Assembly (NCBI GenBank): GCA_002308875.1 | Contig: DBWK01000063.1 | Coordinates: 42,495 to 89,128, forward strand | Reading direction: 5' to 3' | Length of the DNA: 46,634 bases | Source: Treponema sp. UBA1240 | GTDB taxonomy: Bacteria > Spirochaetota > Spirochaetia > Treponematales > Treponemataceae | Shown: positions 35,767 through 45,357 of the stretch, one piece after another | How the letters are laid out: each line of letters opens with the position of its first letter | Position numbering within the stretch: position 1 is the stretch's first letter | Notes under the pieces: model-generated | The model's database searches: none | What the model was told of the DNA's origin: nothing | Seen by the model: only the letters and a program-made list of their open reading frames with translations | Position numbers and translations under genes: made by a program

Positions 35767-36633
35767 ATGAGCGCAGTAATTATAGACGGTTTTCAGATTG
35801 CGGCTGATGTAAGAAAAAGGGTTGCCGGTCAAACGGCTGAACTTGTAAAAAAGGGAATACAGCCTTGTCTTGCGGTTATCCTTGTTGGTGAAAATCCTGC
35901 AAGTGTATCTTATGTAACAGGCAAAGAAAAAGCCCTCGCCGAAGTTGGCATGAAAGACCGTTCGATAAGGTTGCCGGAGTCTACTTCAGAAGAGGAGCTC
36001 TTGAAAATAATTAATGAGCTCAACGCTGACGAGTCTGTTCATGGTATTCTTGTTCAATTGCCTTTACCAAAGCACATAGATGAAGATAAAGTCATTATGG
36101 CGATAAAGCCGGAAAAAGACGTTGATGGCTTTCACCCCGTAAATGTCGGGAATCTTGTTATCGGGCGCAAGGCTTTTCTTCCGTGTACACCGCATGGTAT
36201 CATTGTTCTGCTTGAAACAATGGGTATAAAGACCGACGGTGCAAGAGCCGTTGTTGTAGGACGTTCCAATATTGTAGGAAAACCGGTTTCTTTGCTCCTT
36301 GCACGGCGTGAATGTAATGCAACGGTTACAATCTGCCATACTGGTACAAAAGATTTGCCGTCTGTTACAAGAGAGGCGGATATTCTTATCGCTGCTGTCG
36401 GAAAGCCCGCAGTTATTACTGCCGACATGATAAAGCCAGGTGCCGTTGTTATTGACGTAGGTGTAAACCGCATTCCCGACAGCACAAAAAAAAGCGGTTT
36501 CAGACTTGTAGGTGATGTTGATTTTGAAGCTGCAAAAGAAGTTGCTTCATATATAACACCTGTTCCAAAAGGTGTTGGACCAATGACAATAGCAATGCTT
36601 ATGCAGAATGTGCTTGAGGCGGCTTCAAAATAA
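35767..36633 (+). CDS. folD: bifunctional methylenetetrahydrofolate dehydrogenase/methenyl-THF cyclohydrolase
   Basis: The ORF track starts at 35710. I prefer ATG 35767, which lies after GGGAGG. ..[19 protein letters not shown].. , ..[10 protein letters not shown].., ..[11 protein letters not shown].. and ..[15 protein letters not shown].. are present. Confidence 0.9.
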   Translation: MSAVIIDGFQIAADVRKRVAGQTAELVKKGIQPCLAVILVGENPASVSYVTGKEKALAEVGMKDRSIRLPESTSEEELLKIINELNADESVHGILVQLPLPKHIDEDKVIMAIKPEKDVDGFHPVNVGNLVIGRKAFLPCTPHGIIVLLETMGIKTDGARAVVVGRSNIVGKPVSLLLARRECNATVTICHTGTKDLPSVTREADILIAAVGKPAVITADMIKPGAVVIDVGVNRIPDSTKKSGFRLVGDVDFEAAKEVASYITPVPKGVGPMTIAMLMQNVLEAASK

Positions 36634-37445
36634 TGGTTGATATACAGAATCAGACGGATGACAGAGAAATTCCTCTGCAGAAAGTAGGTGTAAAAGGTCT
36701 GAGCTATCCTGTTCATGTTCTTGACAGGGCGAACAGAACTCAGACTACTTCTGCAAAGGTAGATCTTTATGTGAATCTTCCCAAGAATTTTAAGGGAACT
36801 CACATGAGCCGTTTTATAGAAGTTTTTCACAAGTACCATTCAAATCTTTCAATGAACCGTTTTCTGCTTATGCTTGAAGAAATCCGCCAGAATCTTGATG
36901 CAGCGGAATCGTTCGGAACACTTGCATTCCCGTTTTTTCTTGAAAAAAAAGCTCCTGTATCCGGTCAGTCAGGCATGATGGTTTATGACTGCAAATACGA
37001 AGGCAGTGTGCGTGCGATTAACGGCGGTAAAATAAAGTCTGATTTTTTTGTGAGTGTTTCCGTACCGGTAACAACGCTTTGTCCATGTTCAAAGGCAATA
37101 AGCGAAAAAGGCGCTCATAATCAACGCGGTATTGTTACTGTTAAGGTTGAAAACAAATCTTTCTTTTGGATTGAGGATATAATAACGCTTGTTGAAAACG
37201 CCGCATCAAGCGCCGTTTATTCAATACTCAAGCGCGAAGACGAAAAGTTTGTAACCGAACACGCCTATGATAATCCGCGCTTTGTTGAAGACATTGTGCG
37301 CGAAGTGTACATAGGACTGTGCAATTTTGCCACAGGCGAAAACGCTCAGTCGGAAAAACCGTTTTCCTGGTTCAGCGTTGAAGCCGAAAGTTTTGAAAGT
37401 ATTCACAATCACAATGCCTTTGCATACACGGAGTTTTCTGAATGA
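36633..37445 (+). CDS. folE2: GTP cyclohydrolase FolE2 (GCYH-IB)
   Basis: 270 aa with ..NLPKNFKGTHMSRF.. and ..TLCPCSKAISEKGAHNQRG.. signatures. TAATG overlap with folD. Confidence 0.85.
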   Translation: MVDIQNQTDDREIPLQKVGVKGLSYPVHVLDRANRTQTTSAKVDLYVNLPKNFKGTHMSRFIEVFHKYHSNLSMNRFLLMLEEIRQNLDAAESFGTLAFPFFLEKKAPVSGQSGMMVYDCKYEGSVRAINGGKIKSDFFVSVSVPVTTLCPCSKAISEKGAHNQRGIVTVKVENKSFFWIEDIITLVENAASSAVYSILKREDEKFVTEHAYDNPRFVEDIVREVYIGLCNFATGENAQSEKPFSWFSVEAESFESIHNHNAFAYTEFSE

Positions 37446-38830
37446 GGTATTTTTTTGAAACGTACGGCTGCCAGATGAACAAAGCGGAATCCGCTTCCAT
37501 TGAGCAGATTCTGCTTCTTCGCGGCTGGACTGCTTCCGATTATGCCGAAACAGCTGATTTGGTAGTTATAAATACCTGTTCTGTACGTGCAACCGCTGAA
37601 AACCGTATCTTAGGCCGGCTCGGTTGGTATGCGGCATTAAAAAAAGCCCGCAGCGGTGATTTTTCTTCCGCCAAACGAACAAATCCCTTTGCGGTTGAAG
37701 TTCCACAAAAAAAACTTTCACTGATTGTTACGGGCTGCATGGCTGAACGACTCAAGGATGATTTGAAAAAGAAGCATCCTGTTGTTGACTATGTAGTGGG
37801 AACCTTTCAAAAACAGCACTTTGAAGACATAATAGATTGCATTGAACAAAATAAAAGCTTTTCTGATCTAAAGGAAACCGCAGTTTACTCATTCGCACCG
37901 CTCTCATACGAGCAGGGTGCGTTCCAGTCGTTTGTTCCCATAATGCATGGTTGCAATAACTTTTGTTCCTATTGTATTGTTCCGTTTGTGCGGGGCAGGG
38001 AAGTATCGCGCAGTGCTGACGAAATTCTTGCAGAGCTGGATTATTTGTCCGCTAAGGGTGTGCGCGAAGTTACCCTTTTGGGGCAGAATGTGAATTCGTA
38101 CAAATGGGAAGAAACGGTTGACGGAAAAACTGTAATGGTTGACTTTCCTGCGCTTTTGGAACGGATTGCGACTCGTCTTAAGACATCGAATTCTTCTATT
38201 GGATGGGTCAGGTTTATGTCGAGTCACCCGAAAGATTTGTCCGACAGGCTGATAGACGTTATTGCGCGGGAAAAAGTTCTTTGCCGGCACATTCATCTTC
38301 CTGTACAGAACGGTTCAACATCGGTTCTTTCGGCTATGAACAGAAAGTATACCCGCGAAGATTATCTTACTCTTGTTGAAAAAATACGAAACCGGATTAC
38401 CGATGTTTCGCTTTCAACGGATATTCTTGTAGGCTTCCCCGGCGAAACAGAAGTGGATTTTGAGCAAACCCTGTCACTTATGAGGGAAGTCCAGTTTGAA
38501 ACCGCGTATATGTATTATTACAATCCCCGCGAGGGAACCGCCGCTTGTTCTATGAAAAACCAGATACCGCTTGAAGAAAAAAAACGGCGGGTCGGGCTTG
38601 TCATTGATTTGCAACTTCAAATAACAAAAGACAAGCTTATGCAAAGAGTCGGCGAAAAAGTTACCGTACTGGCGGAAGCTGTTTCAAGGGACAACAAAGA
38701 TGAGCTTTTGGGACGTACTGAAAGAGATGAGCGGGTTGTGTTCTACGGAGATGAAAGTTTAATAGGAAAATTTGTTACGGTTGAATTGTCTGAATTGACC
38801 GGTAACACTTTCCGTGCTAAAATTTGCTGA
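37442..38830 (+). CDS. miaB: tRNA (N6-isopentenyl-A37) methylthiotransferase MiaB
   Basis: 462 aa with ..FETYGCQMNKAES.., the radical-SAM motif CNNFCSYCIVP, and a C-terminal TRAM domain. ATGA overlap with folE2. Confidence 0.9.
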   Translation: MRYFFETYGCQMNKAESASIEQILLLRGWTASDYAETADLVVINTCSVRATAENRILGRLGWYAALKKARSGDFSSAKRTNPFAVEVPQKKLSLIVTGCMAERLKDDLKKKHPVVDYVVGTFQKQHFEDIIDCIEQNKSFSDLKETAVYSFAPLSYEQGAFQSFVPIMHGCNNFCSYCIVPFVRGREVSRSADEILAELDYLSAKGVREVTLLGQNVNSYKWEETVDGKTVMVDFPALLERIATRLKTSNSSIGWVRFMSSHPKDLSDRLIDVIAREKVLCRHIHLPVQNGSTSVLSAMNRKYTREDYLTLVEKIRNRITDVSLSTDILVGFPGETEVDFEQTLSLMREVQFETAYMYYYNPREGTAACSMKNQIPLEEKKRRVGLVIDLQLQITKDKLMQRVGEKVTVLAEAVSRDNKDELLGRTERDERVVFYGDESLIGKFVTVELSELTGNTFRAKIC

Positions 38831-38846
38831 CAGCTGGAGGAGTACT

Positions 38847-39155
38847 ATGCCCTGGAAACTGATTTTTGTAATTCTAAGTCTTGTTGTTATAACCTGTCTT
38901 GTAGGTTTTAACCTTGGAAACAGTTCAAATATTTCTCTTGTTTTTTGGGAATTTGAAAATGTTCCTGTGTTTATGACAATGTTTTGTTCATTTTGTGTAG
39001 GTATTCTTTTTTCTCTTCCGTTTTCCATAGGGAAGATAGCCGCAAAAAACAAAGAAGTTAAAAAGTGGTCATCACAACTTAAAATGCCGAAAAAAAAGCA
39101 TGAGACAGAAAAAAAAGGAACGGAGCAAATTGAACCGCCTGTTCAAACAGAATAG
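38847..39155 (+). CDS. LapA-like (DUF1049) small membrane protein
   Basis: The ORF track starts at 38814. I prefer ATG 38847, which lies 5 nt after GGAGGA. Two TM helices flank ..NISLVFWEFENVP.., followed by a Lys-rich tail. Confidence 0.55.
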   Translation: MPWKLIFVILSLVVITCLVGFNLGNSSNISLVFWEFENVPVFMTMFCSFCVGILFSLPFSIGKIAAKNKEVKKWSSQLKMPKKKHETEKKGTEQIEPPVQTE

Positions 39156-40104
39156 TTTTGTTTCTGCAAAATTATTTCTGTTTTTAATATTCTTTCCTCT
39201 TTATGCCGAAAAATCGCCTTTTATAGATAATGCCCTTAAAATGAATTCGCCCGCTGAATCCATCAGTTATATAGCGGCAAATGTTGAAAGTATAAATAAT
39301 ATAGAAGAAAAAAAACAAACGCTCCTTTTTATGGCAAATCTCCAGAAGCAGTCCGGCTTGTATTTGGATGCTTATTCTACATATTCTGCAATTATTCAGC
39401 TTGAAAAAAACAAACCGAATTCGGATATTCGCATTCAGGCGGCAGCATGCGCAATGTCCGCCGGGGAGCTTGAAACTGCGGAAGCCGTGCTGGATTCCGT
39501 TATCTCGCTTAATGAGGCAGATAGTTCTGTTGCAAAATTTTTGGCAGTGTGGTGCGGTGTGCTCAAGGCTCCCAGTGTTCAATCACTTGAAAAACCTGTC
39601 TCACTTTTTAAGTCCTTTTTAAAAGACGACACTATGAGCGGTGTAAAAGCTTCAGTTTTGTTTTCACTCTGGTGGCTTACAAACGAAACTGACTGGGCAA
39701 TGCAACTGCAAACGGAATATCCGGCTTCTCCAGAAACGGCTTTGATTAACGGCAAAACACGATTGTTTCCTGCAAGTTATTTTTTGTTTATTCCACGAAA
39801 AAACAATGAATTCCAACCAGCTGCGCAAAAAACGGAGACTGCGGCAGAACCTCAAAAAAATGTTAAAAGCACTGATAATTCAAAAGAAAAACTCACATGG
39901 CAACAGGTAGGTTTTTTCAAAAGCGAAGCAAATGCACAGAATTGCGTAAAAAAATTGAAAGCAGCCGGCTTTGAGGGAACTATCCGTACAGAAACACGTC
40001 CGAGCGGTACTGTTTATTATGCTGTTCTTGTTAGGGAAACTGACGGAAGTGTAGGACAAAACCTTAAGAATTCAGGTTTTGAGTGTTATCCTGTTTTTGA
40101 ATAG
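39100..40104 (+). CDS. SPOR-domain protein with a helical-repeat (TPR-like) middle region
   Basis: 334 aa with a signal-like N-terminus. The C-terminus (..WQQVGFFKSEANAQNCVKKLKAAGFEGTIRTE..YYAVLV..) is a SPOR domain. The start is uncertain: ATG 39100, or TTG 39130 after GGAG. Confidence 0.6.
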   Translation: MRQKKKERSKLNRLFKQNSFVSAKLFLFLIFFPLYAEKSPFIDNALKMNSPAESISYIAANVESINNIEEKKQTLLFMANLQKQSGLYLDAYSTYSAIIQLEKNKPNSDIRIQAAACAMSAGELETAEAVLDSVISLNEADSSVAKFLAVWCGVLKAPSVQSLEKPVSLFKSFLKDDTMSGVKASVLFSLWWLTNETDWAMQLQTEYPASPETALINGKTRLFPASYFLFIPRKNNEFQPAAQKTETAAEPQKNVKSTDNSKEKLTWQQVGFFKSEANAQNCVKKLKAAGFEGTIRTETRPSGTVYYAVLVRETDGSVGQNLKNSGFECYPVFE

Positions 40105-40108
40105 AGCC

Positions 40109-40834
40109 TTATTCCTTTACTTCAAACATATATCCAATTTGGCGGACAGTTTTTATATAGCCTTCCGGATTTTCTTCACATTTTAGCTTTTCGCGCAGCC
40201 AGGACATATGCGTATAGATTGTTCTTGAACCGACTTCATATTTCCAAAGCCGGTCAAGAATTTCATCCTTACTTACAGGCTGGTTTTTGTGGTCAATCAG
40301 ATATACCAAAAGTTTGAATTCCTGAAACGTGAGCGGAACTTTTTCGTCATTTTTGTACAGAACAACCTGTTGATAATTAAGCCGGAACGGACCAAAAAAG
40401 TAGTCGGGGCGGCTCATTATGCTGCTTTGTATTTTTTTTCTGTCGGAAGTATCGGATGTGTTTTCAATCAATGAAAGAATTCGCATCTGTACATGCACCC
40501 GCGCCAAAAATTCTTCGTAGACAAACGGTTTTGTAATGTAATCGTTTGCTCCTATTTTTAATCCGTGAACTTTGAATTTTGTAGCTTTTCTTGTTGTCAG
40601 AATAATGACGGGAATTTTTTTTTGTCCAAGTTTTTTTCGTAAAAATCGAATCAGAAAAAAGCCGGTTTTATCCGGCAGGGAAGTTTCTGTTATAAGAAGA
40701 TCAAAATGTTCTTTCTGTAAATAATCCAAAGCTTGTGTAACAGACCTTGAGACTGTAACCGTAAAGTCGGAGCCGCTTAATAGGTCAACAACGGCTGTTG
40801 TATCTGTCGCGTCTACAAGAAGAATACTTCTCAA
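40109..40834 (-). CDS. OmpR/PhoB-family response regulator, atypical receiver (Glu at the acceptor position)
   Basis: 241 aa with a TTG start. The receiver has ..VDATD.., ..FDLLITETSLPDKTG.., ..VIILTT.. and ..DYITKPF... The C-terminus is winged-helix (..LTFQEFKLLVYL.., ..VRQIGYMF). Confidence 0.8.
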   Translation of the reverse strand: MRSILLVDATDTTAVVDLLSGSDFTVTVSRSVTQALDYLQKEHFDLLITETSLPDKTGFFLIRFLRKKLGQKKIPVIILTTRKATKFKVHGLKIGANDYITKPFVYEEFLARVHVQMRILSLIENTSDTSDRKKIQSSIMSRPDYFFGPFRLNYQQVVLYKNDEKVPLTFQEFKLLVYLIDHKNQPVSKDEILDRLWKYEVGSRTIYTHMSWLREKLKCEENPEGYIKTVRQIGYMFEVKE

Positions 40835-40965
40835 AATAACTTCCCGAAAAAAAGATTTTATTGAATTTCATTATAACATGTATGCTGATGTTTTTTCCAT
40901 AACAAAAAGATTTATTACAACGGCGAAACGTACAAAATCAGGTTTTAAAATCAATATATAATAGT

Positions 40966-42429
40966 ATGAAAAAGATACTTATATTTATTGTTATGGTATT
41001 TTGGACTTTGTTTTCTACCCGCGCGCAGAAAATCACTGTTCAAACGCAGGTAAAACTTGAGGAAAGCTGTGCTGTAAGCAGCTCATTAAACGTAAAAAAT
41101 GAGTTTATGACTTTTGCGGGTACGCTCAGTATTTCAAAAAAGCCGGCTTTTAAAACTCTGTTTCTGCAGGTTACTCCCTGCAAAAATCTGAATGTGTGTT
41201 TGGGAAACTTTACGTTCGGCGGATTTTTTCCCCAGATTAAAAAAACAGCTTTTTCATCCACTACTGTTTTTTCGTCTGTAATGAGTGTTTCCAGTAACGT
41301 ACGTGCTAATGTTCCGGGTATAAGTACTTCCGAAAACACGCCGTATAGTTTTCTTTTATCCGACACATTCTCGTTTCCAAACTTTGATCTGCATTTTTTT
41401 ACAGGTACGCAAACCGAAATATCAAATGCTAATATAAAAGAAACTCCTGATTTAACAGCTAACCTGAAAAAACATAGCGGATTTTTTTCAGGCTGTGGAA
41501 TACAGTTTTCAAAAATCAATCTTGTCATTACCGGCATTGGAGGCTCTCATTTTGTTACTCCCAAGTCCTATTCAAACTGGTTCCGAAATACAAGAAACTT
41601 TGTTCCGCAGCGTATCGCGTATAATGCACTTGGAGCAACATACAAAAACGATTTCTGTCTGTTTTCAACCCTGTCGGAGATAAGTGCATCGCCGTACGGA
41701 AAACCGACTTTCAGTACACGTAATGAATTGCTGCTTTGTTACCGCTCGTTCAGCTGGAACAACGGATTTTACGTAAGTTCGCTTGACCACCTCATCCCTG
41801 CCGGAAGCATGAACAGAAAAGTTTTTTCAGCATATACAAATCCTCTTGCGGAAATTCAGTTCCCGTTAGGAATAAATGTTGAGGCGGGATGCAGATACAC
41901 AGTGAACCGCAGTTACAATTTGTCAAGAAATGCCAAAAAAACTGACAGAGCGGATTTGGTTTTTGAGGAAACAACAAAAAAGGACGGTTTTGCCTTGTCG
42001 GTAAAACTTGCTGTTAAGGAGGCGGAATTTGGCGGTAAAAATCCGCTCTTGATTACTGAAGATTCTCTGTTTACGCAAGAAATCAGTCTGTCATTGGACA
42101 ACAAATTCGGAAAGTTTTTTCAGAATTATGCCTTTTCAGTTTCAGTAACTTCGTTTCCTGACATGGTCGGAAAAGAACCGGAATTGGAATTATATGGTTC
42201 TTGGACGGCTAAAATTGATAAATTGCTGACGTTGTATTGCACAGGAAAGGTTGATTACATAAAAAAGAAAAAATATCTCTGTGATGGTTTTTCTATGAAG
42301 CAAAAAGCGGTATTCAGTCTGTTCGACGGAAAAACGACGTTTACATTGCAGGCTTCGGGAAGCAAAAAGTTTGCTCAAAAGAAAGACTCTGTACTGGAGT
42401 TTTTTTGCAATGCAAAAATAATGCTTTAG
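40966..42429 (+). CDS. hypothetical secreted, beta-rich (possible outer-membrane) protein
   Basis: 487 aa with a signal peptide (..LFSTRA-QK) and an F/S/T/N-rich alternating pattern. I recognise no family. Confidence 0.4.
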   Translation: MKKILIFIVMVFWTLFSTRAQKITVQTQVKLEESCAVSSSLNVKNEFMTFAGTLSISKKPAFKTLFLQVTPCKNLNVCLGNFTFGGFFPQIKKTAFSSTTVFSSVMSVSSNVRANVPGISTSENTPYSFLLSDTFSFPNFDLHFFTGTQTEISNANIKETPDLTANLKKHSGFFSGCGIQFSKINLVITGIGGSHFVTPKSYSNWFRNTRNFVPQRIAYNALGATYKNDFCLFSTLSEISASPYGKPTFSTRNELLLCYRSFSWNNGFYVSSLDHLIPAGSMNRKVFSAYTNPLAEIQFPLGINVEAGCRYTVNRSYNLSRNAKKTDRADLVFEETTKKDGFALSVKLAVKEAEFGGKNPLLITEDSLFTQEISLSLDNKFGKFFQNYAFSVSVTSFPDMVGKEPELELYGSWTAKIDKLLTLYCTGKVDYIKKKKYLCDGFSMKQKAVFSLFDGKTTFTLQASGSKKFAQKKDSVLEFFCNAKIML

Positions 42430-42430
42430 A

Positions 42431-42988
42431 TTAGAATTTGAAAGTTTTCCTCTGTATGGGCGAAATTCCGAATTTTTTCAACAGTTCTTTATGAAGCTTT
42501 GTAGGATAGCCCTTATGTTTCTCATACTGGTATTCGGGAAAAAACTGTCCGATTCTAATCATCATGTGGTCGCGCGCATTTTTTGCAAGAATTGATGCCG
42601 CCATAACTTCGGGGTATGTGGCGTCCGCTTTTGGAACAGCTCTGCACTGCACCGGAATCTGAGGACAAAAAGTACCGTCGATTATGGCAGAAACAGGAAC
42701 CGGAAGATTTGGAAATTCTTGCTGCATATTTTCGTATGCATATTTCATCGCCAAAAGACTTGCCTTCAGAATGTTTATTCTGTCGATTTCATCTTCCCAC
42801 ACCCAGCCTAATCCCCAGCCGAGCGCTTTTTGTTTTATGACTTTTTCAACCTCAAAGCGTTTTTTTTCAGAAAGCTTTTTTGAGTCGTTAAGAATTTCAA
42901 CAGGAAAATCTTCCGGAAGCACGACTGCGGCGGCAGTTACAGGACCGGCAAGAGGTCCGCGTCCCGCTTCGTCAATTCCACATGTCAT
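42431..42988 (-). CDS. rnhB: ribonuclease HII
   Basis: 185 aa. MTCGIDEAGRGPLAGPV.. and ..DSKKLS.. are canonical. Its ATG overlaps the stop of the upstream gene (ATGA). Confidence 0.9.
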   Translation of the reverse strand: MTCGIDEAGRGPLAGPVTAAAVVLPEDFPVEILNDSKKLSEKKRFEVEKVIKQKALGWGLGWVWEDEIDRINILKASLLAMKYAYENMQQEFPNLPVPVSAIIDGTFCPQIPVQCRAVPKADATYPEVMAASILAKNARDHMMIRIGQFFPEYQYEKHKGYPTKLHKELLKKFGISPIQRKTFKF

Positions 42989-45336
42989 TTTGTAACCGAT
43001 ACAGCTTCAAAAGAAGCTGTATCTTTCCAAATCTGTATATTGGGAAAAACTTCGTGGGTTGCACCTGTTATTTCCGATGTATTTTCTTCCATTGAATATA
43101 CACAGTTGTAAAGTTCCGCGCCGCGCCCGCGCTTTGTGTTTAAAAGACAGCGTGATTTTTTCAGGCTGAAAAGACAGTCTGTCAGTGAAAAGCCAACGGT
43201 GTTTTCTGCGGTCAACGAAAAACATGAATCGTTTCCAATTATTTCAGTTTTGGTTGCATTTACACCCGATGCATAGTTTGAAGAAACAACCGTAATGTTT
43301 GATTTGTTCAAATTAAGTCTGCTGTTTTCGCAGTTCAGAGCCTGAGCTGATTTTATACCGGTAAAAATTAGTTCACAGTTGTTCAGTGAAAGACCGGCGT
43401 TGTTTGTCAGTATAAGCGGATTGTCAGCCAAAGAAGGATAGTTCGCTTCTTCTCCAAAAATAAGTCCGCTCTTTTCAAAAAGACAGTTTTCAATAACAAC
43501 GTTACAATTCTTTATTTTAAAAATACCGTCGCGCAGGAATGAAAAGCGGCAGTTACCGTAACCTGTGATTGTGCAGTCCGATAGCAGCTGTATTGACTGC
43601 AAATCGTTGAAAGTGCCTTTTACGTGCAAAACGGATTTTTCAAGCGAATTTACAGCACCAAACGCTTCTTCCACCGTAGTAAAAGGATTTTGTGGTGAAC
43701 CGTCAGGAATTTTGCTCCGGCTTGCTGAGTCCAGATAGTAGTTGTTTTTGTCGACTGTTGCCCGGAATACTGAAACATCGCTTTTGTTGCCGGCTGCATC
43801 CTTTGCGTAGGCATATACGGTATAGTTTACCGCTAACGATTCGTCACCGGTCAGCAACATCTTTGTTCCGGCAAAAGGCATAAATTCGAGATCTTCAGGC
43901 ACGGAAACATCTTCGGGCGCGGTAAAGGTTTCATAAAAGTCCGCGCTTTTATAGGTTTCATCTATGGCAGTGTAAATAGATTCGGAAGAATACAGGTTCA
44001 ATCCTATATCATTGCGGAACCAGTATCCGTTTTCGGAATTAATGAGCAAGGGCGGTGCCGGCGGCTGACGGTCAATTTTTACCGAAAACGCAAGTTCTCC
44101 CTGTCTAATATTTCCATAATATACCGGAAGCGAAACTGATACGGTTTTTTCTTCGCCATACAAAGCGTCAATATAGTAAGTTGTAAGAGGTCTTGAAACT
44201 TCTCCCTGATTTTCAAGCCGGAAAGTGTACAGCGGATTTGAACACTGTATTTCAAGAGGACGGTTTGTTATATTGTTTTCGGGAAGTCCCGTCAGAACCG
44301 GCTTGGGAGGCAGCTCAAGACTTTGTATTCGTGAGTTTTCCTTCCAGCGGATAGTGTGTCGCTTTGTTCTGTCAATAAAAAACGGCTCGCTGTATGTACG
44401 CCAGTTTTCGCCGTCGACCGAATATTGTACCGGATTTTCGTTTTTCAGCATAACAAAATTCCAGTCTATTATCTGTAGTGGAGAACTAAGAGCAAGCTGC
44501 TGTACATTACCTGTTGACGGAGCGTCAATCGACTGCAGCATATACCTGTAAAAAGCGTTGTTGCAGTTTATGAGCAACGGAACGCAGCTGTTACGGCAGG
44601 ACGGAACTTGCGGAGTAAGCGTTTGACCTTTTAGATAAGGATGCGCATTGTCGCCTATAACAAAAACGGTGTTTTCCGGCAGAGTTACGGAAGAATCAGT
44701 TCCGATTGAAATAATCGGTTCCATTGAAGATATGTTCAGCGGCGGTTTTTTCCCGCCTGCTTCTTTTACCGTGTATGCGATTGTCTTTTCCATTATTGTT
44801 CCGCTGGAATGAACGGCGCTTATTTTTACTTCAACGTTCCCGCTGATGTCTATCAAAACCGGACCGTCGTACGCAAAACCGAATTCAAGCGGATCCGTTC
44901 CGCTGAACGAATAAAAAACTTCCGTATCATTGGAACATTCTATAACCAGAGCCTGTTTGTTTGCCCAGGTTCCCGGTGCAGGGCTCAGTATATTGATTTT
45001 AGGTGCATTGGATGAAATTTCACGACTGAGTGTTATCTGACGGCTTCTTGTTCCGCCGAAAGTTTCAGTCCATGCTGTTACTGTGTCATTGTGGTTTACT
45101 GAAAGTGTGTCAGAATCATAGGCTTCGCCTTCGGTAACTGTTCCTGTAAACGAATCAAAAACCCTGTAATGCACAAGTTCCTGCGGATTTACGGAAAACT
45201 TGTAGATAAAACCATTTTTTGTTTTTTGCACCGTATATTTAGGCGCAAGCAGAACCTGAGAGTAAATCAATTGTGTAAAAAAAAGTGAGAAAAAAAAGAT
45301 AGCAATTTTCTTTAAGTTAAAAGGCTTTTTCGTCAT
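42985..45336 (-). CDS. large secreted protein with a chitobiase/FN3-associated-like segment and a C-terminal parallel beta-helix-like region
   Basis: 783 aa with a signal peptide. ..ILSPAPGTWANKQALVIECSNDTEVFYSFSGTDP.. resembles CHB_HEX_C-type domains. C-terminal repeats such as NCNVVIENCLF and GLSLNNCELIF suggest a beta-helix. Confidence 0.45.
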   Translation of the reverse strand: MTKKPFNLKKIAIFFFSLFFTQLIYSQVLLAPKYTVQKTKNGFIYKFSVNPQELVHYRVFDSFTGTVTEGEAYDSDTLSVNHNDTVTAWTETFGGTRSRQITLSREISSNAPKINILSPAPGTWANKQALVIECSNDTEVFYSFSGTDPLEFGFAYDGPVLIDISGNVEVKISAVHSSGTIMEKTIAYTVKEAGGKKPPLNISSMEPIISIGTDSSVTLPENTVFVIGDNAHPYLKGQTLTPQVPSCRNSCVPLLINCNNAFYRYMLQSIDAPSTGNVQQLALSSPLQIIDWNFVMLKNENPVQYSVDGENWRTYSEPFFIDRTKRHTIRWKENSRIQSLELPPKPVLTGLPENNITNRPLEIQCSNPLYTFRLENQGEVSRPLTTYYIDALYGEEKTVSVSLPVYYGNIRQGELAFSVKIDRQPPAPPLLINSENGYWFRNDIGLNLYSSESIYTAIDETYKSADFYETFTAPEDVSVPEDLEFMPFAGTKMLLTGDESLAVNYTVYAYAKDAAGNKSDVSVFRATVDKNNYYLDSASRSKIPDGSPQNPFTTVEEAFGAVNSLEKSVLHVKGTFNDLQSIQLLSDCTITGYGNCRFSFLRDGIFKIKNCNVVIENCLFEKSGLIFGEEANYPSLADNPLILTNNAGLSLNNCELIFTGIKSAQALNCENSRLNLNKSNITVVSSNYASGVNATKTEIIGNDSCFSLTAENTVGFSLTDCLFSLKKSRCLLNTKRGRGAELYNCVYSMEENTSEITGATHEVFPNIQIWKDTASFEAVSVTK

Positions 45337-45357
45337 ACTCTCAAATCCATGAACACA

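Noticed and set aside
36132-36839. 235-aa minus-strand ORF opposite folD and the start of folE2.
   Set aside because: It is antisense to genes with unmistakable FolD/FolE2 motifs and shows no recognisable motif itself.
39040-39155. 56-nt overlap of the lapA-like and SPOR ORFs containing two A8 runs; considered a frameshifted single gene.
   Set aside because: Both products look complete: LapA-like has two TM helices and a basic tail, and SPOR has its own signal-like N-terminus. An alternative TTG at 39130 after GGAG further reduces the overlap.
40615-40623. T9 run (A9 on the coding strand, ..QKKIP..) inside the response-regulator gene; a possible slipped-strand switch.
   Set aside because: The reading frame is intact and comparable runs occur in many genes here. 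There is no support for variation.
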